From: an uncultured archaeon
Lineage (GTDB): Archaea; Asgardarchaeota; Thorarchaeia; Thorarchaeales; Thorarchaeaceae
Reading direction: 5' to 3'
DNA length: 64,000 bases
Assembly: GCA_964458565.1 (NCBI GenBank)
Contig: CAYWJO010000008.1
Location: 1-64,000, forward strand
Shown here: in pieces, positions 30,596-38,720 of the stretch
How the letters are laid out: every line of letters begins with the position of its first letter
How positions within the stretch are numbered: position 1 is the stretch's first letter
Notes under the pieces: generated by a model
The model's database searches: none
The model's input: the letters and a program-made list of their open reading frames with translations, nothing else
Told to the model about the DNA's origin: nothing
Translations under genes and position numbers: made by a program

Positions 30596-31243
30596 ATGGC
30601 GGATGAAATTCTGGAATATTGGATGAGTCTCGCTCGAGAAGTTGCGAATAAATACAATATAGAGCAATTTGATACGAGTAGTGAGATGTGGAGTTGGGAA
30701 AATTTCGGCGATGACATTAAATCATTGAAGAACAAGTTCGGTGTAGGGAGTGATTATGTTGACCTTCTTGGAATGCGTGTTGATTTCGAGACCGGGAAAA
30801 CACTTGACACAATAACCGGGAAGGAGTTTCGTATAAGCAAAATAGTTCCACATCTGTATTACTACAGCAAAGCTAAGGATGAAGGATATGGTGATGAATG
30901 GGTCAAGTTCAATTCATTAAGAGGCTCTTGGGCTTGTAGATATTCTTTCGATGAGGAAAACGTTGATGCTTTGACCAAGGTGTTTGTCAGTAAGAGAGAT
31001 GTTCTGTTTGAAACATTGGAGAAGTTTGGTGGGAATAAAGTTGACTATGGAGATTACGCCTACGAACTCTCTGTTCTACCTATGGTTAAAGTCCTATTAG
31101 TCTTTGAAGAAGAGGATGAGGAATTTCCTGCAAGTGTGAGGCTACTCTATGATAAGAATTCAATTTTTTATCTTCCTCACGAGATGCTTGGAGAAATTAG
31201 CTGGCTTCTCACAAGCCGTGTGATGATGCTTGCATCACGATAG
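30596..31243 (+). CDS. DUF3786-like protein
   Basis: WVKFNSLRG, VLPMVKVLLVFEEEDEEFPASVRLLYD..YLPHE pattern. Confidence 0.7.
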   Translation: MADEILEYWMSLAREVANKYNIEQFDTSSEMWSWENFGDDIKSLKNKFGVGSDYVDLLGMRVDFETGKTLDTITGKEFRISKIVPHLYYYSKAKDEGYGDEWVKFNSLRGSWACRYSFDEENVDALTKVFVSKRDVLFETLEKFGGNKVDYGDYAYELSVLPMVKVLLVFEEEDEEFPASVRLLYDKNSIFYLPHEMLGEISWLLTSRVMMLASR

Positions 31244-31368
31244 CAAGAAGTAATTGAAATATGTCTGATTTCAAACTGAAACCTATGTACCCATTTTGCT
31301 TAACGAACATCTAGAGTGCACCTTAGGCGGAAACAATAAATAATCGCTAAGTGAGGGCTCAGAAGTCT

Positions 31369-31405
31369 GAAATGTGGATGTAGTAAAGAATTTACATCCT
31401 ATTTC
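31369..31405. promoter_or_regulatory. Inverted repeat upstream of the Gfo/Idh/MocA gene
   Basis: GAAATGT-GGATGTA gtaaagaatt TACATCC-TATTTC. Confidence 0.35.
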
Positions 31406-31438
31406 ATATTCGAATCAATATTGAGGAAATGAAGAAAA

Positions 31439-32497
31439 ATGACAGAGAAAGTCTTGAAAACGGTCTGTGCCGGAGTTGGTTTTGTTGGTGGTTCTGCTCA
31501 TGTCCCTTCATTCCGTAGGGTGCCCAACTCTCAACTATATGGTCTCTTAGCGAGGAAAGGTAGAGACAGTGAGAAGTTTGCATTGGAATGGAAGGAAAAG
31601 ATGGAGAAGAAAGACAATTTCGATCTTAAGATTTATTATGATTGGAGTGATGTCTGCAAGGATCCCGAGGTTGATGCAGTCTGTGTAGCGACACCGACAC
31701 CATTCCATTATCCAATGGGTAAGGAAGCGCTTGAAGGTGGAAAGCATGTCTATCTCGAGATGCCCATAGCTCCTAAGCTGAAGGATGCTGAAGAGCTGGG
31801 TAAGCTCGCAGAGAAACAGGGCGTGGTGCTCATGCCGATCTTGAATTTCAGACGATGTCCCGGGTACGTAAAGGCCAAAGAGCTAGTTGATACTGGTGCG
31901 ATAGGCAAACCCATAGCCATCACATTTAGAGAGTTTATTGCTGCGGAGGATTTAGCCGAACAGTGGCCCTTAAGTGGTTGGGCTTGGGATATCGACAAAG
32001 CTGGAGGATATCCAGATTACACATTATCAGTCTGGAGTCTTGATATGCTACAATGGTTCTTTAACAGCCCCATCGAAAATGTGCAGTGGGCTGCAAACTA
32101 TGTGCCTATTGAAGGGATTGATGATTTCAAGGGTTATCAAACTGTAGGAGCACTCAAGTTCGCCAATGGTTTAGTTGGCACAGCAATGCTAGGATCAAGT
32201 GTAGCAAAAGGTCTAGATCTCAGCAGGTTCGAGATATTTGGGAACAACGGCAAGACCATTCTTGTTGATTGGATTCCAAGTAAAAACCGAGAGGTCTTCG
32301 ATGTCACTCTGTTCGGAAAAGATGGTGACGATGAGAACTGGCAGGTTGAAGGAAAAGGTCCACGTATTTGGGGTCACAGACAGATGATCGCTCACTTTGT
32401 GCAAGCATGTGTTGGCAATGAGAAACCAGAGTATGACTACATGGCTGCAATCAATGCCCAGAAGTGGGCAAACAAAATAGTTACAGACCTTATTTAG
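31439..32497 (+). CDS. Gfo/Idh/MocA family oxidoreductase
   Basis: AGVGFVG Rossmann motif, VDAVCVATPTPFH, GKHVYLEMP. Confidence 0.85.
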   Translation: MTEKVLKTVCAGVGFVGGSAHVPSFRRVPNSQLYGLLARKGRDSEKFALEWKEKMEKKDNFDLKIYYDWSDVCKDPEVDAVCVATPTPFHYPMGKEALEGGKHVYLEMPIAPKLKDAEELGKLAEKQGVVLMPILNFRRCPGYVKAKELVDTGAIGKPIAITFREFIAAEDLAEQWPLSGWAWDIDKAGGYPDYTLSVWSLDMLQWFFNSPIENVQWAANYVPIEGIDDFKGYQTVGALKFANGLVGTAMLGSSVAKGLDLSRFEIFGNNGKTILVDWIPSKNREVFDVTLFGKDGDDENWQVEGKGPRIWGHRQMIAHFVQACVGNEKPEYDYMAAINAQKWANKIVTDLI

Positions 32498-32515
32498 TTC
32501 ATGATCCTATAATGT

Positions 32516-32562
32516 TGAAGATGAGGGAGTCATATTCCCTCTCTTCATGTTATTTTTTTTTT
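32516..32562 (+). terminator. Hairpin plus T-tract terminator
   Basis: TGAAGATGAGGGA..TCCCTCTCTTCA followed by T10 after the gene stop. Confidence 0.65.
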
Positions 32563-32632
32563 AATTTCAGATTGAGAATTTCTCTCTATTACGTTGATAA
32601 GTTCCTTAATATCGTACTGAACTTACTATTTC

Positions 32633-33775
32633 TTGATTCATATGAAGCGACGAACATCTATCTTACTTCTCGGTATTTTGGTCCTCTGTTCGTTTACTAT
32701 CATGCTGCCATCGCAAGCAATGGATATAGCAGAAGATGTAGATGTCCTCATACTTGTAGCTACTGGATTTGGTTGGGACTATTTCGAAGCTCGTCCTTAT
32801 TTCGAATCATGGGGTGCAAATGTAAAAGTTGTGTCTCATACTCTTGATTATTTTGTTCGAGCTTGTACCACCCCTGGGGACGCAAATCTCACCTCTGACT
32901 ATTTAACAAGTGAGCTCAATGAGTCTTTGTTGAGTCAGTTTGATTGCCTCTATATTCCAAGCGGAGGTCATTGGAATGGTTTGATTTCTAGTTCAACCGT
33001 TCTCAATTGGATTTCAACAGCCTATGAGCTAGGATTGGTCATTGGAACGCAATGTATTGGTAACAGGGTTCTCTCTCATGCAAATAATATTGTGAATGGA
33101 AGTATGGTTGCATATTATAGTATGACGAATCTTGAGATGCAGAATGAAGGAGCAACAGTTGTAGCCGCAAGGGTTGTATCAGACAATAGACTTGTTACAG
33201 GCGGAACCGGCTCTGGATATCCTGAAGGATACGAAGGTGCACCGACATATGAACTATGCAGTATGATGATTAAGGAAGTTCTGGGGATTTCGCCGATATC
33301 TGAAAAAACCATCAGTCCTAGTTTGGGAACAAATATATCAGATTTTTCACTCCAGATTTCAGTAGAGAATATCACTGAATCTTTTCCAATTATCAATAAG
33401 ACTGAAATATTCGAGATCAATGCGCTCTTATATGAAGATGTTTCAAGAAACGAACTAATCGAAATCGAACTAGATGAAGATTCGGGGATATACTCAACTG
33501 CATTTTCAAATCTAACAATTGGTACCTACTGCATCGATGTCACGATTCGCTATACCAACAACATGTTTATGGTTTATCGTGAAGTGGTTTCTTTTGATGT
33601 ACTTGAGTATCTTCCTTCAAGCACGATTCCTACGTCATCAACTACTACAAACGCTACGCCTTCTTCATCGTCTACACCTGTCACTCCATATCCCGACCTA
33701 TTAGTACCAGTACTTGCAATCTCAGGTCTAATTGTAGTTGTTGTGATTCTAGTTGTAGCGAAGAAAAGGATGTAA
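32633..33775 (+). CDS. Secreted, membrane-anchored DJ-1/PfpI family protein
   Basis: Signal peptide; FDCLYIPSGG, IGTQCIG nucleophile elbow, VVSDNRLVTG; Ser/Thr linker, TM helix, KKRM. Confidence 0.8.
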   Translation: MIHMKRRTSILLLGILVLCSFTIMLPSQAMDIAEDVDVLILVATGFGWDYFEARPYFESWGANVKVVSHTLDYFVRACTTPGDANLTSDYLTSELNESLLSQFDCLYIPSGGHWNGLISSSTVLNWISTAYELGLVIGTQCIGNRVLSHANNIVNGSMVAYYSMTNLEMQNEGATVVAARVVSDNRLVTGGTGSGYPEGYEGAPTYELCSMMIKEVLGISPISEKTISPSLGTNISDFSLQISVENITESFPIINKTEIFEINALLYEDVSRNELIEIELDEDSGIYSTAFSNLTIGTYCIDVTIRYTNNMFMVYREVVSFDVLEYLPSSTIPTSSTTTNATPSSSSTPVTPYPDLLVPVLAISGLIVVVVILVVAKKRM

Positions 33776-33869
33776 TGTGATTTAACTTGGTAAGAAATGC
33801 TTGAGAACAATATGGAAAGGACTTATCACTCAGACGATTCGTAAAGAATTAGCTGAGTGATATTGTCCA

Positions 33870-35051
33870 ATGATTTCTGAAAGTTATGACGTCGTTATCG
33901 TTGGAGGTGGACCAGCTGGATCAACTGCAGCTCGTGTTATAGCTGAGAATGGACTTAGTTGTCTCATTCTTGATAGACGTAGAAAAATTGGTATACCGGT
34001 CCAATGCGGAGAATTTCTTCCAACGCCTCGAGAGATGGTATCTCTCTTTCCGAATTCACCCCGAGCACAAAGATTGGTTGATATTCCTAAACATTTGATT
34101 AGGAACAAGTGTGATACCCTTTCATTAGTGTCTCCACGAGAAAAAGAATATGCTTTCAGTATGGAATTCAATGTCATCTCTAGAGACCTATTTGACTTTC
34201 ATCTATCAAATCAAGCTACACAGAAAGGAGCGACACTACTGCTTGAAGCTAATGTGCTTGGGATTCATCAAAAACACTTTGTTGTTTATCGACACCATGG
34301 AGAGACCAAGAAGGTTAAAGCAAAAACAATCATCGGAGCAGATGGACCAAATTCCGTGATTGCTCAATGTATAGGCAGTCGCTACCGAGACCCGCTACGA
34401 GATATGAGTTATTCACTTCAATATGTGATGGAAGGAATTAGTTGCGATTCTGATAGATGCACTATGTTCTTTGGCTCCAATGTTGCACCTGGTGGTTACA
34501 TGTGGATTATTCCTCAAAGTGATTCGAGAGCGAATGTTGGATTTGGTATACGCAGGAAATATGGGACCTCATTGAATCTTCGTGGTATGTTGAACCGCTT
34601 TCTTAAATCAAGGGCAAATCTGAGAAACGGTCAGATTATTCAAAGGGTTGGAGCATTGATTCCTGTGGGTGGACCTAAAAGAACAGTCCATGGCGAGCAT
34701 GTCATTCTCTTAGGAGATGCTGCTGGTCATGTTATGTCAACCAATGGTGGTGGAATTCCGACTGCATTAATTGGGGGTGAAATAGCGGGTGAAACCGTGG
34801 TGGCTGATTCTAAATCAGGTCACTCACTCAAGCAATATGAACAAGCGTGGAGATCCGAAATCGGTAGCGAGCTTTATAGATCACTTGCTATGTTGAGAGT
34901 AGCAGACATCGTAATGAATTCTGACGCACTGACAGAAATTGGAATGCACCTTGCTGGTTCTCGATATCTTGAGGATGTAATCCGCTGTCGTTATCCAAAA
35001 CCACTCGAAGTTCCAGGTCGTTTGTTGGAGTACTTCCTCACTAGAATATAA
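33870..35051 (+). CDS. Geranylgeranyl reductase family flavoprotein
   Basis: GGGPAG, PVQCGE, GADG, PGGYMWIIP, LLGDAAG..NGGGI. Confidence 0.9.
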   Translation: MISESYDVVIVGGGPAGSTAARVIAENGLSCLILDRRRKIGIPVQCGEFLPTPREMVSLFPNSPRAQRLVDIPKHLIRNKCDTLSLVSPREKEYAFSMEFNVISRDLFDFHLSNQATQKGATLLLEANVLGIHQKHFVVYRHHGETKKVKAKTIIGADGPNSVIAQCIGSRYRDPLRDMSYSLQYVMEGISCDSDRCTMFFGSNVAPGGYMWIIPQSDSRANVGFGIRRKYGTSLNLRGMLNRFLKSRANLRNGQIIQRVGALIPVGGPKRTVHGEHVILLGDAAGHVMSTNGGGIPTALIGGEIAGETVVADSKSGHSLKQYEQAWRSEIGSELYRSLAMLRVADIVMNSDALTEIGMHLAGSRYLEDVIRCRYPKPLEVPGRLLEYFLTRI

Positions 35052-36101
35052 TCAGTGCGTACGTATCGATATGAAATCGGCTAAATTCTGAAGTAACACC
35101 TTATTTATTAGCTCAACATTCTGTAGAGCGTTTTTAGCGGCATCAATATACGATTCAGTCTTTTTGATTGCTTTTTGAACTGATTTTGAACTATCTATCA
35201 ATTCAAGGATCGTATCGATTCTTCCGTCTTCTAGCTCCATAATGCATTTCTTGCGGCTTTCAGGAGATGCTGTATCTAGTGCTAGAACCATTACGTAATT
35301 TGTTCTTTTTCTTAGAATATCTGCTAATACCGGTTTTCCTAATTCTTCTTGACTAGCAGTAATATCCAATGTATCATCTCTGATTTGAAAAGCAATACCT
35401 ATGTTTCCTGCATATTCTTCTAATGCTCGGATTTGTTCATCTGTGGCTGAGCCAACTATTGCTCCTACCTTTACCGCTCCTTTCATAAATGATGCCGTCT
35501 TCTGTTCTACCATCCTGAGATATTCTTCTTTTCCGTAAGTACCAAGAGGTTGTGTAGAGAGTAAGATATCATTGGCTTCCCCTTCGCACATTGATATTCC
35601 AAGTGATGCTAGGCTTCTCAAACTATTTGGATCTGAATCTTGTGCAATCATTTTGACCGCATGGGCAACAAGAAGGTCTCCAGCAAGAACTGCCATCCTT
35701 GATCCGTATTTCTTATGTGCTGAACTTACTCCTCTTCTTAGAGTATCATCATCAATGACGTCATCATGAAGAAGACTTGCTGTTTGAACTAGTTCGATTG
35801 CCACTGCGTAAGGAAGAATTCGTTCAATGCTCCCTCCCACTGCCTCACAAGAAAGCATACAGAGTAAGGATCTCAGTCGCTTCCCACCCGCTCTGAGAAG
35901 ATGCATTGCAGTTTCATAAAGTACCTTTGGCTCTCCCATATTGTTGGCCATAAAAGACTCAATTTCAGCCTCAATAAGTGCCATTCTCTTGGATAATTCT
36001 TGGTTTCTTAGAAAAGGCTTCGAGATTTCATCAGTGGAAAATTCAACACCTTCAACAGACTTCTCTTGATTTTCGCCGTTGATGGTAGTTCTATCGTGCA
36101 T
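35052..36101 (-). CDS. trans-polyprenyl diphosphate synthase (likely long-chain); start near 36101 (track gives 36185)
   Basis: GGKRLR, ASLLHDDVIDDDTLRRG (FARM), KTA, FQIRDDTLD (SARM). Confidence 0.9.
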   Translation of the reverse strand: MHDRTTINGENQEKSVEGVEFSTDEISKPFLRNQELSKRMALIEAEIESFMANNMGEPKVLYETAMHLLRAGGKRLRSLLCMLSCEAVGGSIERILPYAVAIELVQTASLLHDDVIDDDTLRRGVSSAHKKYGSRMAVLAGDLLVAHAVKMIAQDSDPNSLRSLASLGISMCEGEANDILLSTQPLGTYGKEEYLRMVEQKTASFMKGAVKVGAIVGSATDEQIRALEEYAGNIGIAFQIRDDTLDITASQEELGKPVLADILRKRTNYVMVLALDTASPESRKKCIMELEDGRIDTILELIDSSKSVQKAIKKTESYIDAAKNALQNVELINKVLLQNLADFISIRTH

Positions 36102-36239
36102 TTTTGCATGACCCAATCCAATCTGATGATTACACATTGAAAGTATGAACCATATAAAAACAGTTAGTTGAAGTCTATCCTGCAATGATAGCTAGGAATC
36201 CTTTTGTACAAGGAGCGTTTCTCGGGTTTACGAGGAGAA

Positions 36240-37322
36240 ATGAATTCGACAGAAGAGAAACGGAATGTTTCAAAAATAAAAGCGTGGCTTCAGGAAGTAA
36301 AATTAGGAATCCTTCCTGCATCAACTGTACCAATCTTTACAGGCACTGCAGTAGCATATGGAATATACGGTGTCTTCTATTGGGATTTGTTTATCACAAC
36401 TCTCATCGCTGGGATTTTTCTCCATTGGGGTGCTGATGTCGCCAATGATTATTTTGACCATACAGAGGAGCAAACTGGAAGTGATGATATCAATGTGGAA
36501 TTCATCCGTCCATATAGTGGTGGGAGTAGAACCATTCAACAAGGACTTTTGACTCCCAAAGAGGTCGCTATAGGCTCAGTAGTCTGCTATCTCATTGCTG
36601 CAATTGTTGGTTTCTATGTTGTTTTCCGCGTTGGTTGGGTTGTTCTTGCATTTGGTCTCATTGGAGCATTTTTCGGTCTCGTATATTCTCTGCCTCCAAT
36701 CAGACTTGTTAAACGAGGTATTGGAGAACTAGTGATTGGAATAGTCTTTGGAGTTCTCATGGTTGTTGGGGCTTTCTATGTGCAGGTTCAGATCCCGATA
36801 GCTTTGACCTGGCCTTTGGTGATTCCATTTGACCAGTTCTATGAACCTTTCTTCATGTCAATTCCCATCTCAATTCTGATTGCATTAGTCTTGTATATCA
36901 ATGAGTTTCCTGATTACGTTGCAGACCGGGATGCAAACAAGCGTACCTTTGTTGTTCGTCTTGGACGCAAAAACGCTGCGAAAGGGTATACATTGCTCTT
37001 GTCAGCTGTCTATGTAGGAATCGTTTTGATGGTACTCTTGAATCTTATTCGAATCGAGGCACTTCTTGCTCTAGGCACATTGCCGCTCGCAGCACTTGGC
37101 ATAGTGACCACACTACGACATTATGATGAGAGTAAGAAATTAGGTCCTGCGAATTGGGCAACAATTGTTGGACATCTCTTCACAGGAATCTTCTTGACAG
37201 TTGGTTATGTATTCCATGGTTTAGCAGTAGCATTGGAAATTACGCTTATAGTTGGAATTGTCCTATTTGCATTTGTTTCCTTAATGGCATGGAAATTGGG
37301 TACTCCTTCAAAGGGCTCCTAA
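36240..37322 (+). CDS. menA: MenA-type UbiA-family prenyltransferase; likely start ATG 36240
   Basis: ANDYFDH..DD, YSGGSRTIQQG, NEFPDYVADRDANKRTFVVRLG; multiple TM helices; GAGGAG before the ATG. Confidence 0.75.
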   Translation: MNSTEEKRNVSKIKAWLQEVKLGILPASTVPIFTGTAVAYGIYGVFYWDLFITTLIAGIFLHWGADVANDYFDHTEEQTGSDDINVEFIRPYSGGSRTIQQGLLTPKEVAIGSVVCYLIAAIVGFYVVFRVGWVVLAFGLIGAFFGLVYSLPPIRLVKRGIGELVIGIVFGVLMVVGAFYVQVQIPIALTWPLVIPFDQFYEPFFMSIPISILIALVLYINEFPDYVADRDANKRTFVVRLGRKNAAKGYTLLLSAVYVGIVLMVLLNLIRIEALLALGTLPLAALGIVTTLRHYDESKKLGPANWATIVGHLFTGIFLTVGYVFHGLAVALEITLIVGIVLFAFVSLMAWKLGTPSKGS

Positions 37323-38542
37323 TTGTAGGTCTCTTCGAGTCCTTCCCACTCGAGACCCATTGCCTTAGCAACAAGAACAGCTAGGTCTATCGAGATTCTA
37401 TCTGAGCCAGCTTCTGGTAGTTGTCCTTTCATGAACTCGACACATGAGGGGCATCCTGATACGACATAATCTGCATTGGTTCTCTCGATATCATCGACTT
37501 TGAGTCTGTTGATATTGACTGCAAACTCATTGTCAATTGCCCGAAGAACTCCTCCTGAACCACAGCAATAGCAATTATTCTTGTTATGTGGTAGTTCTTC
37601 AAATTCTACGCCAGGGAGATATTCAATCACCTTTCTTGGCTCTTCAAAGAATCCTGAGTTACGACCTGCATCACATCCATCATGATAAGTGATTTTCATA
37701 TCAAGTGGAGTATTCAATTCTAGCTTGTTCTGATCAAGTAGGTCCTGATAGAACTGATAACCGTACAGAATTTCAAAATCGTGCTCAATTCCAAGTAATG
37801 AATGATATTCATGAGCCCACATCTTGTAACAACCTGGGCAATTTGTTACTATTTTTTCGACACCGAGTTTCTTGAATGCATCAATGTTATGCTGAGCAAA
37901 AGATTTCGCAGTTTCGAAATCACCAGTCATGATAACAGGAGCTCCGCAACACCACTCATCTTCTCCGAGCATTGTGAACTCTACATCTGCTTTATCCAGA
38001 ATTAGTGAAGTTGCAATTGTTGCTTGAATTGGTACGCCTTTGAATGATGATGCACATCCTACAAAGAAACCTATCTTAGATTCTTGATTCAATTTATCCA
38101 ACAACGCCTCCTCATCTGGATGCCAATAGGACCATCCTTCAACCCTATCCATCTGTGGTTGGCCATTGATATTGAAATCTTTCAACATGGTTTCACGAGT
38201 CATATTGAGTGCTTCTGGCCAAAGCCCTTTTTTGAGAAAATCAGCTCTAAGGCATTGATATACTTCCACAAAGGGGATGTCTACCTGACATATCTCTTCA
38301 CAGCCTCCACAGAGCGTACAACCGAAAATAGCATCTCTTAGTCCAATCAAACCCTCTGAAGGTCTAATTCTACCCTCCATCAAAGCTTTGGCAAGAACCA
38401 TCTTTCCCTTACCCGAATAACTGTCAAGTCGTTTCACTTTGTATGTAGGACAAGCACCATTACCAATCTGGCAGTAACTGCATTGTGCACATTGGTATGG
38501 AGTCTGTTGCAGTCCGTGCTGTTCAAGTGTGGGGAATTTCAT
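37319..38542 (-). CDS. GlcF/HdrD-like Fe-S protein (2 x 4Fe-4S plus two CCG domains); track start 38557
   Basis: CAQCSYC..CP, CTLCGGCEEIC, EWCCG, TNCPGC, YHDGC, CCGSGG, GCPSC. Confidence 0.9.
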   Translation of the reverse strand: MKFPTLEQHGLQQTPYQCAQCSYCQIGNGACPTYKVKRLDSYSGKGKMVLAKALMEGRIRPSEGLIGLRDAIFGCTLCGGCEEICQVDIPFVEVYQCLRADFLKKGLWPEALNMTRETMLKDFNINGQPQMDRVEGWSYWHPDEEALLDKLNQESKIGFFVGCASSFKGVPIQATIATSLILDKADVEFTMLGEDEWCCGAPVIMTGDFETAKSFAQHNIDAFKKLGVEKIVTNCPGCYKMWAHEYHSLLGIEHDFEILYGYQFYQDLLDQNKLELNTPLDMKITYHDGCDAGRNSGFFEEPRKVIEYLPGVEFEELPHNKNNCYCCGSGGVLRAIDNEFAVNINRLKVDDIERTNADYVVSGCPSCVEFMKGQLPEAGSDRISIDLAVLVAKAMGLEWEGLEETYN

Positions 38543-38720
38543 CCTATATCGCTCCAAATGTAGTCAAGTGATAATCTTTCTGGCGGAAATCGGACACAAA
38601 TACTTTTGGTCGTAGCAAGCTGCTGAGCGAAAATCAAATCAGTTCGCTAGCTTTTTATGTTGCCAGATTTCACAAGTGACTCACAAAGCAGCTCCACATT
38701 GAGCTACGGAGAGCGTTCTC

